From contig NC_022359.1 in assembly GCF_000354175.2 (NCBI RefSeq), forward strand, positions 1,020,001 through 1,052,000: a stretch of DNA of 32,000 nt, given 5' to 3'. The DNA comes from Vibrio alginolyticus NBRC 15630 = ATCC 17749 (GTDB taxonomy: Bacteria; Pseudomonadota; Gammaproteobacteria; Enterobacterales; Vibrionaceae). This document shows positions 1 to 9,044 of this stretch, in pieces. The notes beneath the pieces were generated by a model. It was not told the origin of the DNA. It did not search any database and saw nothing but the letters and a program-made list of their open reading frames with translations. Made by a program: the position numbers and the translations under genes. Position 1 is the first letter of the stretch. Every line of letters starts with the position of its first letter.

Positions 1-942
1 GGCACCTTGAACTTGGCCGATCTCTACACCAAAGTAGGGGAAAATGAATTGAGCATCAACATGATGCTGTCCGCGCTATTTTTGTTTGCCTTTTCTATTA
101 AAGCGGCACTCTTTCCTTTATTTGCTTGGTTGCCAGCTTCTTATCACACGTTACCAAGCGGTGTGGTGGCACTGTTTGCCGCGTTGCTTACTAAAGTCGG
201 TGTATACGCGTTGATAAGAGTCTTTACCTTGGTATTTCCGCTCGCCGAGAGTGGTTGGCAACCGACGTTAATTTGGGTCGCAGGGCTAACCATGTTAACG
301 GGCGTTTTAGGAGCGGCTAGCCAATTCGACATTAAGAAAATTCTTTCTTTTCATATTATTAGCCAAATAGGCTATATGATCATGGGGTTGGCTATTTACA
401 CTCCCTTAGCTTTAGCCGGTGCCATTTTCTACATTGTTCATCACATCATTGTAAAAGCGAATTTGTTCTTAATAGGTGGATTCATCGAGCGCAAATATGG
501 CTCTAGTCAACTTGAACATTTGGGTGGGGTATACAAAGCTATGCCTTGGTTAGCGTTCTTGTTTCTTGTCCCTGCGTTTTCTCTGGCCGGTTTCCCACCG
601 CTATCGGGTTTCTGGGGAAAGCTATTGGTCATCAAGTCGAGCATACAGGCTGAGTATTACTGGTTAGCAGGTACCGCGTTATTGGTGGGGTTGCTTACTG
701 TCTACTCGATGACGAAAATTTGGAGTGAGGCATTTTGGAAAAAGCCATTTAGAGAGAAGCCAGAACAGACTCTGCAGGCCAAAGTACATTGGTTGTACTG
801 CGTTCCAATTATTGTATTGACAACGTTGACGCTAATCATTGGCTTAGTGGCGGAGCCTTTTTATCAATTTTCCGTTCAAGCTGCAGAACAACTGTTAAAT
901 CCGACTGAATACATCAGAGTGGTGTTAGGAGGAAATGCATGA
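1..942 (+). CDS. mrpD: Mrp/Mnh cation:proton antiporter subunit D, C-terminal ~313 aa. The gene is truncated by the window start.
   Basis: Frame 1 is open from base 1. The product is polytopic and NuoN/ND2-like (FPLFAWLPASYHT, GFPPLSGFWGK). The small MrpE/F/G genes follow directly, with an ATGA overlap at 939-942. Confidence 0.85.
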   Translation, partial: GTLNLADLYTKVGENELSINMMLSALFLFAFSIKAALFPLFAWLPASYHTLPSGVVALFAALLTKVGVYALIRVFTLVFPLAESGWQPTLIWVAGLTMLTGVLGAASQFDIKKILSFHIISQIGYMIMGLAIYTPLALAGAIFYIVHHIIVKANLFLIGGFIERKYGSSQLEHLGGVYKAMPWLAFLFLVPAFSLAGFPPLSGFWGKLLVIKSSIQAEYYWLAGTALLVGLLTVYSMTKIWSEAFWKKPFREKPEQTLQAKVHWLYCVPIIVLTTLTLIIGLVAEPFYQFSVQAAEQLLNPTEYIRVVLGGNA

Positions 943-1415
943 TCTATCTATTCCTCAATTTTTTCTTAGCGTTAGCGTGGATGATGCTTAATGGCAGCTA
1001 TTCGAGTCTGAATTTTGTTGTCGGATTTACGGTCGGCTTTTTTGCTTTAAGGTTGAGTCAACCATTTGGATTGAAAACGAGCTATTTTCAACGTTTTGCA
1101 TCTGCATTGAAGTTATTGGTGTACTTCGCTTATGAAATGGTTATATCGGTTGCGAAAGTGGTGTGGGACGTCGTGACACCTACTCATTTGAGTCAGCCTG
1201 ATATCGTTTATGTCCCTCTGGAGGTCGATTCTGATCTAGAAATCACATTACTGGCGAACATGGTTTCTTTAACACCGGGTACGCTTAGTTTGGATGTTAC
1301 GGCTGATAAAAAGTATCTTATCGTTCATGCCATGTTTGCACCTGAACATGAAGAGGTTATTCGCGGAATTAAAGATGGGTTAGAGCATCGAATTTTGGAG
1401 GTGACGCGTGGATAG
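939..1415 (+). CDS. mrpE: Mrp/Mnh antiporter subunit E
   Basis: 158 aa with two N-terminal TM helices. It sits between the D and F subunits and overlaps both neighbours, which suggests translational coupling. Confidence 0.8.
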   Translation: MIYLFLNFFLALAWMMLNGSYSSLNFVVGFTVGFFALRLSQPFGLKTSYFQRFASALKLLVYFAYEMVISVAKVVWDVVTPTHLSQPDIVYVPLEVDSDLEITLLANMVSLTPGTLSLDVTADKKYLIVHAMFAPEHEEVIRGIKDGLEHRILEVTRG

Positions 1416-1686
1416 TTGGCTGCAAATAACGGTCACTTTTGCCTATTCTGGGCTACTACTCAGCTTTGTTATGGCTTTTGCTCGTTTAATTCTAGGACCA
1501 ACGCTAGCTGATCGAGTTGTGGCGTTAGATCTGATTTCATTTATCACTATCGGATTTATTACGGTTTACACCTTAGACAGCGGTGAGGACGCTCTGTTAG
1601 ACATCGCCATTACATTAGGTTTGGTCGCATTTCTCGGCACGATCGCATTTGCACGTTTGATCGTTAAAAGAAAGGAGAAAGAATAA
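1408..1686 (+). CDS. mrpF: Mrp/Mnh antiporter subunit F
   Basis: 92 aa with three TM segments and a GTG start overlapping mrpE. Its size and position in the operon are typical of MrpF. Confidence 0.8.
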   Translation: MDSWLQITVTFAYSGLLLSFVMAFARLILGPTLADRVVALDLISFITIGFITVYTLDSGEDALLDIAITLGLVAFLGTIAFARLIVKRKEKE

Positions 1687-1979
1687 TGGACGTGTTGATT
1701 GGACTATTTTTATGCTTAGGAACATTGTTGACCTTGGTTGCAAGTCTAGGTGTCCTGAGGCTTCCTGATTTGTATACCCGAATGCATGCAGCGACCAAAG
1801 CTGGAACTGTCGGAGTGAGCTGCTTGTTATTAGCGGTCGCTTTCTCACTCCCTGAAGTTACCGTGATCTCTCGGGTTATCGGTACGATGTTGTTTATCGT
1901 TCTCACTGCGCCAGTCGCCTCCCACCTGCTCGGCAGAGCAATGCGAGAGGTCGGATATAAGATTTGGCGCAATGATTAA
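1686..1979 (+). CDS. mrpG: Mrp/Mnh antiporter subunit G
   Basis: 97 aa. It carries the MnhG-like motif RLPDLYTRMHAATKAGT and has a TAATG overlap with mrpF. It is the last gene of the operon. Confidence 0.85.
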   Translation: MDVLIGLFLCLGTLLTLVASLGVLRLPDLYTRMHAATKAGTVGVSCLLLAVAFSLPEVTVISRVIGTMLFIVLTAPVASHLLGRAMREVGYKIWRND

Positions 1980-1998
1980 CCATTAGCGTCGAATAGTA

Positions 1999-2706
1999 CT
2001 ACGTCCTAGTTGAAATAAACTCGAAGCTGTATTGATGAAGTCGGAAGTAATTGACGGTATATTCAAATGCACGACCATCTTCTAGGTAACCAGTGGACTC
2101 AACTTTTAGAATAGGGGAAGCTTCTGATTCATTCAGGTATGAGGCCGTCTCTGCATCTAACAAATACGGTTTGACAGACTGACTGCTTTTCGCAATTTTC
2201 AATCCTTTGCTATTTTCAATGTACTCATATTTAGAACCATTCATTATGGCTATGCTCAAGTCTGGAAATAACACTGCTGGCATATGAGTGACTTCGTAAA
2301 TTTCAGGCTCATCATTAATACATCTGAGTCTATGTATTTCATATGTATCATCATTGGGCGAGAGATTTAACTGCTTAGCAACCTGTTCATTCGGTTTTTT
2401 AAGTTCGAACTTTATGACTTGAGAGCTAGGCGTTTTCCCCTGTTTACTGACTTCCTCGATAAAACCCAGCAAATGTAAGGCATCATGTTGGGCTTTTAGA
2501 TCGTTTACATAAGTTCCACTACCTCTTGTCCGACTAATTAAATTATTGTCGACCAGAATTTGTAAGCTTTTTCTGATGGTTACGCGGCTTACGGAAAACT
2601 CTTCTTGCAAATCACTCTCTTTTGGAAGCATCGATTTAGGTTGTAGTTCCCCATCTTTGATCTTTTTTTCTAATCGTTCCGCAATGTCTATGTATTTGGG
2701 TTTCAT
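1999..2706 (-). CDS. GntR-family transcriptional regulator, HutC subfamily (winged HTH plus UTRA effector domain)
   Basis: The N-terminus LPKESDLQEEFSVSRVTIRKSLQILVDNNLI is a GntR HTH. The 235-aa length and the C-terminal pattern fit a UTRA domain. It is divergent from the sugar-phosphate utilisation genes. Confidence 0.85.
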   Translation of the reverse strand: MKPKYIDIAERLEKKIKDGELQPKSMLPKESDLQEEFSVSRVTIRKSLQILVDNNLISRTRGSGTYVNDLKAQHDALHLLGFIEEVSKQGKTPSSQVIKFELKKPNEQVAKQLNLSPNDDTYEIHRLRCINDEPEIYEVTHMPAVLFPDLSIAIMNGSKYEYIENSKGLKIAKSSQSVKPYLLDAETASYLNESEASPILKVESTGYLEDGRAFEYTVNYFRLHQYSFEFISTRT

Positions 2707-2757
2707 AATACCTCGCTAAGTCTTGGATCATGATAGCAAGAATGTGATCTGAGATGT

Positions 2758-2768
2758 AGTTAATACTT
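2758..2768. promoter_or_regulatory. Candidate second, half-palindromic GntR/HutC operator site (AGTTAATACTT)
   Basis: It matches 10 of 11 positions of the core AGTATTAATACT palindrome at 2834-2847. It lies in the same divergent intergenic region. Confidence 0.3.
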
Positions 2769-2820
2769 TTCCTTAGGATCTTTGTGTGATTTTTATCTCG
2801 TATCTTTGTGCTTACACTTT

Positions 2821-2860
2821 AAATGTATCATAAAAGTATTAATACTTATTTTATACATTT
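2821..2860. promoter_or_regulatory. 40-bp near-perfect palindrome with a perfect 14-bp core AAGTATTAATACTT (2834-2847). Candidate operator of the adjacent GntR/HutC regulator.
   Basis: AAATGTAT...AAGTATTAATACTT...ATACATTT was read directly from the sequence. The GT-N-AC core is typical of HutC-type operators. It ends 27 bp upstream of the GH4 gene ATG. Confidence 0.5.
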
Positions 2861-2886
2861 TCAGGATAAACATTTGAGGTAGCGAA

Positions 2887-4215
2887 ATGAAACATCAAAA
2901 ATTAACGATTGTTGGTGCTGGCAGTACATACACACTTGGTATGATGAACAGCCTTATTGCCGAAAAAGATAACTTTCCACTCGCAAAAGTCGTGTTTTAC
3001 GACATAGATGAGAAACGCCAAGAATCGAATGCATTAGCTACTGAAATTCTATTGCGAGAACACTATCCAGAAGTTGAAGAGTTTGTTTATACAACGGATA
3101 AATCTGTCGCATTCGCAGATTCGGACTTTTTCTTTATCCAGATCCGCACTGGTGGGTTGGCCATGCGCGAGCGCGATGAACAAATCTCGCTATCCAACTC
3201 TTGTGTTGGGCAAGAGACATGTGGCGCGGGAGGAATGGCATATGGACTTCGCTCTATCGGCGACATGATCCAGCTAGTGAACGAGATCCGACAAACGTGT
3301 CCAGATGCGTGGATTCTTAATTACACCAACCCGGCGGCAATTGTCGCTGAAGCTTTAAATCGTGAATTTCCGCATGATAAGCGAATTCTAAATATCTGTG
3401 ATATGCCAGCAGCGATTATGGTCAGCTATGCGCAATTGTTAGGATGTGAAATTTGGGACTTCGTTCCTGAATATTTTGGGCTTAATCACTATGGCTGGTT
3501 TACCAAAATTCGTAACAAACAGGGTGAAGACTTAACGGACAAAATTAAAAATATCATCCTAAAAGAAGGGATCAGTGCGGTTGATGCGGAAATAGCGGAT
3601 GACCCATCGTGGCAAGCCACATTCAAAAACATGAGAACAATGCTTGCTGATAATCCAGAGTTTTTGCCGAATACGTATCTTCAGTACTATTTGTACCCTG
3701 AAAAAATGGTGGCGAAAGAGGATATCAACAATACCCGCGCAAGGCAGGTAATTAACGGCCGTGAGAAACGAGTGTTCGAATTGAACGCAAGAATAATTGA
3801 AGCGGGCACCACGAAGCACGAAACACTGCATGCCGATATCCATGGTCGATACATGGTGAGAGTTGCGGCTTCGCTTGCCTACAACTTGAGCGATGTGTAT
3901 CTCGTCATCGTACCGAATAATGGTGCTATTACAAATTTACAAAATGACGCCATGGTAGAAGTTCCAGCTGCGCTAACTAGTGATGGACCGAAAGCTTTTA
4001 CTGTAGGAAAAATCCCAACCTTCCAAAAAGCCATGATTGAGAGCCAACTTGGTTACGAGAAATTAGTTGTGGATGCTTGGTACGAAGGAAGTCAGCAAAA
4101 GCTGATTAATGCACTCACACTTAACCGTACCGTGGTTAATGTGCCAAAAGCTAAAGAAATAACAAAACAATTACTAGAAGAAAATAAAGCCTACCTTCCT
4201 CAATTTTTTCAATAA
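2887..4215 (+). CDS. Glycoside hydrolase family 4 6-phospho-alpha-glucosidase (maltose-6'-phosphate glucosidase type; NAD+/Mn2+ dependent)
   Basis: An N-terminal Rossmann motif (KLTIVGAGSTYT) and the NICDMP metal/catalytic motif are present. The 442-aa length fits, and a PTS EIICB gene follows directly. Confidence 0.9.
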   Translation: MKHQKLTIVGAGSTYTLGMMNSLIAEKDNFPLAKVVFYDIDEKRQESNALATEILLREHYPEVEEFVYTTDKSVAFADSDFFFIQIRTGGLAMRERDEQISLSNSCVGQETCGAGGMAYGLRSIGDMIQLVNEIRQTCPDAWILNYTNPAAIVAEALNREFPHDKRILNICDMPAAIMVSYAQLLGCEIWDFVPEYFGLNHYGWFTKIRNKQGEDLTDKIKNIILKEGISAVDAEIADDPSWQATFKNMRTMLADNPEFLPNTYLQYYLYPEKMVAKEDINNTRARQVINGREKRVFELNARIIEAGTTKHETLHADIHGRYMVRVAASLAYNLSDVYLVIVPNNGAITNLQNDAMVEVPAALTSDGPKAFTVGKIPTFQKAMIESQLGYEKLVVDAWYEGSQQKLINALTLNRTVVNVPKAKEITKQLLEENKAYLPQFFQ

Positions 4216-4227
4216 CAACTGGACGTT

Positions 4228-4249
4228 CGGGGCCTACTTGTAGGCTCCG
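4228..4249 (+). other. Intercistronic RNA hairpin between the GH4 and PTS genes
   Basis: CGGGGCCT-acttgt-AGGCTCCG forms an 8-bp stem with one G:U pair and a 6-nt loop. No T-tract follows, so it is unlikely to be an efficient terminator. Confidence 0.35.
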
Positions 4250-4270
4250 TGAATGAAACAAGAGGTTTAT

Positions 4271-5821
4271 ATGAAAGACATTATTCAAAGGTTCGGAGCC
4301 GCGATGTTTGTTCCCGTTCTATTATTTCCAGCAGCGGGCATGTTATTGGGTTTCTCTGTTGTGCTGTTAAATCAAGAAGTGTTTCCTTGGGCACTAGAGG
4401 GGAGTGCTTGGGTTAAAGTCTCGACGATCATTTTACAGGCATCTCTCGCTGTATTTAAAAATATGGCACTTATTTTTGCCGTTGGGTTACCTATCGCTTT
4501 AGCTAAAAAAGCATCTGGTCGCGCTGTACTTGCAACACTCGTTTCCTACATTACGTTTAACTACGTTATTGGTGGAATCCTTCAATTTTGGGGACCAGAA
4601 CTGGGCGTGAACTATACGGAAGGTGAGCGAGGTTTGACTGAAGTTGGTGGCATTCTAACGCTTGATACCAACTTACTAGGTGCCATTTTAATTGCAAGTC
4701 TCTCTGTTTGGGTTCACAACCGATTCTTTGATAAAAAGCTACCGGATTGGGCGGCTGTATTTGGCGGAACGCCATTGGTTGTGATCATTAGTTTCCCCAT
4801 TATGGTCGTGATGGCAATTCTAACTTGTTTGACTTGGCCAAGTATTCAGCATGGTATTAACAATCTGCAATCATTTTTGGTTTCTGCTGGATCGTTAGGG
4901 GTATGGCTATTTACGTTTTTAGAGCGAATCATGATACCAACGGGGTTGCATCATTTCGTATATGGTCCCGTTTTTTATGGGCCAGTTGCAGTCGATGGCG
5001 GAACGGTTGCCTATTGGATTCAAAATATACAGACATTCGCCCAGAGCTCGGAAAGTTTAACGACACAATTTCCTCAGGGTGGTTTGATGTTGACGGGAAT
5101 GGGTAAAGTGTTTGGTTGTACGGGTATCGCACTAGCACTCTATTCAGTTGCGAAAAAAGAAAATAAAAAGATGGTGATGGGGTTAGTGCTCGGAGCCGCA
5201 ATCACAGCAATTCTTACAGGGATAACCGAACCAATAGAGTTTACATTCTTATTTATCGCACCTGCGCTGTTTGCTTTGCATGCGTTGTTATCTGCGACAA
5301 TGGCAACGATCGCCTTTATGTTTGGTGTTTCCGGTAACTTTCAGACTGGCTTGATAGACTTCATTTTCCAAAACTGGTTGCCTTTGGCTGGTAACCATGC
5401 AGGAACATACGTGATTCAGATTATTATTGGTCTCATGTTTACTGGTGTTTACTTTGTTACGTTTCGCGCGCTTATTTTAAAATACAACATACTTACTCCG
5501 GGACGTGAAGGTGCAGATAGTAAGTTGTATTCCAAAGCTGACTACAAAGAAGCGAAAGCGGTCCATAACAGTAGCGCAAGTCCGTCACAAGCTAGTGCCT
5601 TTATTGAAGGTCTGGGTGGAAAAGAAAACATTGAATTGTTAACTAATTGCGCGACGCGTTTGCGTGTTAAAGTTAAAGATGTCTCTCTTGTAAAGGAGAA
5701 CGCATTTTTCACACAGTACGGAGCGGTGAATATTGTTAGAAATCAAGAGAGCCTTCAAATCATCGTTGGTTTAACGGTGCCACAAGTTCGCGAAGATATG
5801 AGCCAACTGATAAAAGCTTAA
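4271..5821 (+). CDS. PTS alpha-glucoside/maltose-type transporter, EIICB component
   Basis: It is a polytopic EIIC with a C-terminal EIIB domain carrying the phospho-Cys motif NCATRLRV. I prefer the ATG at 4271 because AAGAGG lies 6 nt upstream; the ORF-track start is 4253. No EIIA domain is present. Confidence 0.9.
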   Translation: MKDIIQRFGAAMFVPVLLFPAAGMLLGFSVVLLNQEVFPWALEGSAWVKVSTIILQASLAVFKNMALIFAVGLPIALAKKASGRAVLATLVSYITFNYVIGGILQFWGPELGVNYTEGERGLTEVGGILTLDTNLLGAILIASLSVWVHNRFFDKKLPDWAAVFGGTPLVVIISFPIMVVMAILTCLTWPSIQHGINNLQSFLVSAGSLGVWLFTFLERIMIPTGLHHFVYGPVFYGPVAVDGGTVAYWIQNIQTFAQSSESLTTQFPQGGLMLTGMGKVFGCTGIALALYSVAKKENKKMVMGLVLGAAITAILTGITEPIEFTFLFIAPALFALHALLSATMATIAFMFGVSGNFQTGLIDFIFQNWLPLAGNHAGTYVIQIIIGLMFTGVYFVTFRALILKYNILTPGREGADSKLYSKADYKEAKAVHNSSASPSQASAFIEGLGGKENIELLTNCATRLRVKVKDVSLVKENAFFTQYGAVNIVRNQESLQIIVGLTVPQVREDMSQLIKA

Positions 5822-5854
5822 CCCCCAAACTAATGCTCCCGCTCATATGGCTCA

Positions 5855-5888
5855 AAGGTGAGATAGAATTATCTCACCTTTTTTGTGT
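5855..5888 (+). terminator. Rho-independent terminator of the alpha-glucoside operon
   Basis: A perfect 11-bp stem AAGGTGAGATA/TATCTCACCTT with a 4-nt loop is followed by TTTTGTGT. Confidence 0.85.
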
Positions 5889-5999
5889 ACATGAAGCATA
5901 TTTCGCGCAGTTTCCACGAAAGTGGGGAGGAGTTATCGAGCGAGCTAAAAATACAGTTAGGTTATACCCGTCTGTATTGTTGGAAGACTTGTTGAGTCT

Positions 6000-8030
6000 C
6001 TAATTGACAGTGGCGCCACTTTCTATGTTGAAAAGCGTTTTAATTTCTTCCAGCACTTCTGGGTTAGCAATAGCACCAATGTTTTTTACAGCTTGTCCGT
6101 TTACCAATTGTTTCACTGCTAGCTCAACCAATTTGCCTGAGCGCGTTTTAGGAATATCACTGATGGCAAAAATTTGTCGTGGGACATGGCGCGGTGAACA
6201 TTTTGTTTTCAATGTTTGGCGAATTGAATCGGTGAGTTGTTGGGTTAACTCGACGTTGTGAGCGAGTTTTACTAGTAACCAGATTTCTTCAGACTGCTGG
6301 TTTAACTTGCCGACAGCGATGGAGTCTTCAACCTCGGGTAACGCGTTCACTTGCTGATAGATTTCAGCGGTACCGATGCGTACGCCGCCTGGATTTAAGG
6401 TTGCGTCACTACGGCCATAAAAAATGAAGCCGCCATGTTCGGTTTGCATCACATCGTCGCCATGGTGCCAGATATCGGTAAACTTGCTCCAATAAGCGTT
6501 GTGATAGCGTTCGCCGTTGTCGTTCCAGAAGCCAATAGGGAAGTTAGGTAGCGAGTTATTACAAGTCAGTTCGCCGCGTTTTTGCGTAATAGTATGTCCA
6601 CCATCCTCTAGAACACGTGCGTCGATTCCCAGCCCTGCGCCTTGGCATTCACCTTTGTAAACTGGTGAAATAGGGTTTCCAAGTACAAAGCATCCGCAAA
6701 TATCTGTGCCGCCAGCGATAGAAGCGAGATGCAAGTCCTGCTTGATGTGCTGATAGACATAATTAAATTGTTCTGGGTAAAGCACCGAACCAGTTGAGCA
6801 AAGAGTTTTGAGTGACTTCAGGTTATGTTCTAGTTTTGGAGAGCAGTTTGCCTGTTCCAGTGCTTCTAAGTATTTCGCTGAAGTACCAAACAGCGACACG
6901 CTATGTTCTTCTGCTAATTGCCATAAGACGGAGTGATCAGGGTAAACCGGACTACCGTCGTAAATCACTAAGGCTGCACCACTCGCAAGAGCGGAAACAT
7001 GCCAGTTCCACATCATCCAACCACATGTTGTGTAGTAGAAAACCTTGTCTTGCGATTTGATGTCGCAATGCAGTTGATGTTCTTTGAGGTGATTGAGCAA
7101 GGTACCGCCTGCGGAATGGACAATACACTTAGGTTGACCTGTTGTACCAGAAGAATACAAAATGAACAACGGGTCATTAAACAGCGTTGGTTGATATTGA
7201 ATTGATTGTGGAGAAAAGTGGTGAGTAATATCGGACCAAGAAACAAACTCAGAAGTGCTAGCACTCTCAGCGTTTTGTAAATATTCGATTTGGCATACGC
7301 TAATAGTAGTCTCTTCGGAGGCACTGCTTAACTTACTACTAAGAGTGGTGTTCTTGTTCGTCATATCGAAAGCTTTGCCTCCGAACTGGTAGCCATCACA
7401 GCAAAAAAGAACTTTCGGTTTGACCTGACCAAAACGCTCTACGACGCTATCGATACCAAAATCAGGAGAGGTTGAAGTCCAAATGGCACCAAGACTGGTG
7501 GTGGCCAGCATGGCAATAACGGTTTCAGGAAGGTAGGGCAAATAACCCGCAACGACATCGCCTTTACCGACACCACAATTGAGTAGCCATTGTTGAATGG
7601 CAGAAACTTGTTCAAGCAACTGTTTACCGGTGAGTTGTCGGTGTTCACCGCTTTCATTGCTAAAAACAATAAACTCACGCTCTGGTGATTGTTCAGCCTG
7701 AGATAGGAGGTTCTCTGCGTAGTTCAGCGTGGCGTCAGCAAACCATACTGTGTCTCTATTTACATGATGATGATTAGAACCTGTTGGTGTCCATTTGGGA
7801 CTGCCAAGGCTCTTGACTTGCGAACCTATATCTCCGATTACGTTGCAAAACTGCCAAGTATGTCGCCAAAATTCATCATTGTGCTCAATGGACCACTGGT
7901 GTAGAGACGTGTAATTGTTGATTACGGTACCTTCGGCTTTGTCTTTATTAACCTTTTCGATGAACCGTAATAAGTTGCTATTGCTGACGCGCTCAGCAGA
8001 TGGTGACCAAATAGGTGCAGAATTTGGCAT
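6000..8030 (-). CDS. aacS: Acetoacetyl-CoA synthetase (acetoacetate-CoA ligase, ANL superfamily)
   Basis: The N-terminus PIWSPSAERVSNSNLLRFI, the YSSGTTGQPK P-loop and the overall length are typical of AacS. I chose the start at 8030 (AGAGGG RBS) because the longer ORF-track start at 8090 runs through the etfA terminator. Confidence 0.85.
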   Translation of the reverse strand: MPNSAPIWSPSAERVSNSNLLRFIEKVNKDKAEGTVINNYTSLHQWSIEHNDEFWRHTWQFCNVIGDIGSQVKSLGSPKWTPTGSNHHHVNRDTVWFADATLNYAENLLSQAEQSPEREFIVFSNESGEHRQLTGKQLLEQVSAIQQWLLNCGVGKGDVVAGYLPYLPETVIAMLATTSLGAIWTSTSPDFGIDSVVERFGQVKPKVLFCCDGYQFGGKAFDMTNKNTTLSSKLSSASEETTISVCQIEYLQNAESASTSEFVSWSDITHHFSPQSIQYQPTLFNDPLFILYSSGTTGQPKCIVHSAGGTLLNHLKEHQLHCDIKSQDKVFYYTTCGWMMWNWHVSALASGAALVIYDGSPVYPDHSVLWQLAEEHSVSLFGTSAKYLEALEQANCSPKLEHNLKSLKTLCSTGSVLYPEQFNYVYQHIKQDLHLASIAGGTDICGCFVLGNPISPVYKGECQGAGLGIDARVLEDGGHTITQKRGELTCNNSLPNFPIGFWNDNGERYHNAYWSKFTDIWHHGDDVMQTEHGGFIFYGRSDATLNPGGVRIGTAEIYQQVNALPEVEDSIAVGKLNQQSEEIWLLVKLAHNVELTQQLTDSIRQTLKTKCSPRHVPRQIFAISDIPKTRSGKLVELAVKQLVNGQAVKNIGAIANPEVLEEIKTLFNIESGATVN

Positions 8031-8062
8031 AGGTCCCTCTAATTTCAATTCTTTTGAATATG

Positions 8063-8107
8063 ACCAAAAACAAAATAAAGGGGCGAACATAGCAGTGTTC
8101 GCCCCTT
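8063..8107 (-). terminator. Rho-independent terminator after etfA
   Basis: On the minus strand, AAGGGGCGAAC-actgctat-GTTCGCCCCTT forms a perfect 11-bp GC-rich stem. It is followed by TTATTTTGTTTTT. Confidence 0.8.
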
Positions 8108-8117
8108 ATCTGATCGT

Positions 8118-9044
8118 TTAAAGTTGTTCGGCAAGCTGAGGTAGTACCTCAAATAAATCACCAACCAATCCATAGTCGGCAACTTCAAAGATAGGAGATT
8201 CTGGATCTTTGTTGATCGCGACAATCACTTTGGATTCCTTCATTCCTGCAAGATGCTGGATGGCACCGGAAATCCCAACCGCTATATAAAGCTTAGGTGC
8301 AACGATTTTACCGGTTTGACCCACTTGTAAGTCGTTGGCAACAAACCCGGCATCAACCGCCGCGCGAGAAGCGCCAATGGCAGCACCTAGTTTATCGGCT
8401 ACTTGTTCGATCAACGCGAAGTTCTCTTTGCTACCGACCCCGCGTCCACCTGACACAACCACCTCTGCCGCGCTTAATTCAGGACGTTCTGACACGGTTT
8501 TATCGACAGAAACCAATTCAACCATTGGAGCTGAGATAGTGACCTGCTGATGCTTAATATCAGCTTGGTTGTGACAAGTAACCGGCTCAAACGCAGACGC
8601 GCGCACGGTGATGACGCGAACCTTGTCGCTGGTGGTCACTTTGGCAAATGCGTTTCCTGCGTAAATAGGGCGGATAAAAGTGTTTTCATCGATAACTTGG
8701 ACAATATCGGAAATTTGCCCAACGCCGAACTTCGCTGCTACTCGAGGTGCAAGGTCTTTCCCTTTTGATGATGAGCTAGCCCAGATTGCGTCAAAACCTT
8801 CAGCAATACTCACTACAATAGGTGCGATACTCTCGGCAAATTGATGCTTAAGTTGCTCATCATCGACACAAATTACGTTTGATATACCATCAACGCGACA
8901 AGCTTGCTGAGCGACTTCTTCACACTGGTGGCCCACTACGATCAAAACATTGTCTTGGCTGACTTGTTTTGCTGCATTAACCACTTTGAGTGTGTCCGCA
9001 TGCAATTGGTTATTGTCATGCTCTGCTATGATTAAGTTCTTCAT
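8118..9044 (-). CDS. etfA: Electron transfer flavoprotein, alpha subunit
   Basis: 308 aa. The C-terminal FAD-binding region ([19 protein letters not shown]) is present. An ATGA overlap with etfB occurs at 9041-9044. Confidence 0.92.
   Translation of the reverse strand: MKNLIIAEHDNNQLHADTLKVVNAAKQVSQDNVLIVVGHQCEEVAQQACRVDGISNVICVDDEQLKHQFAESIAPIVVSIAEGFDAIWASSSSKGKDLAPRVAAKFGVGQISDIVQVIDENTFIRPIYAGNAFAKVTTSDKVRVITVRASAFEPVTCHNQADIKHQQVTISAPMVELVSVDKTVSERPELSAAEVVVSGGRGVGSKENFALIEQVADKLGAAIGASRAAVDAGFVANDLQVGQTGKIVAPKLYIAVGISGAIQHLAGMKESKVIVAINKDPESPIFEVADYGLVGDLFEVLPQLAEQL

Noticed and set aside
5890-5994. A 34-codon plus-strand ORF (MKHISRSFHESGEELSSELKIQLGYTRLYCWKTC) in the PTS/aacS spacer
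   Set aside because: It has no RBS, starts immediately after a terminator and overlaps the probable weak aacS terminator hairpin (AATACAG...CTGTATT, 5950-5978). It is most likely a chance ORF.
8031-8090. A 20-codon N-terminal extension of the acetoacetyl-CoA synthetase ORF (MFAPLFCFWSYSKELKLEGP...)
   Set aside because: It is encoded by the etfA terminator hairpin and T-tract and has no RBS. The internal ATG at 8030 has an AGAGGG RBS and gives a typical AacS N-terminus.
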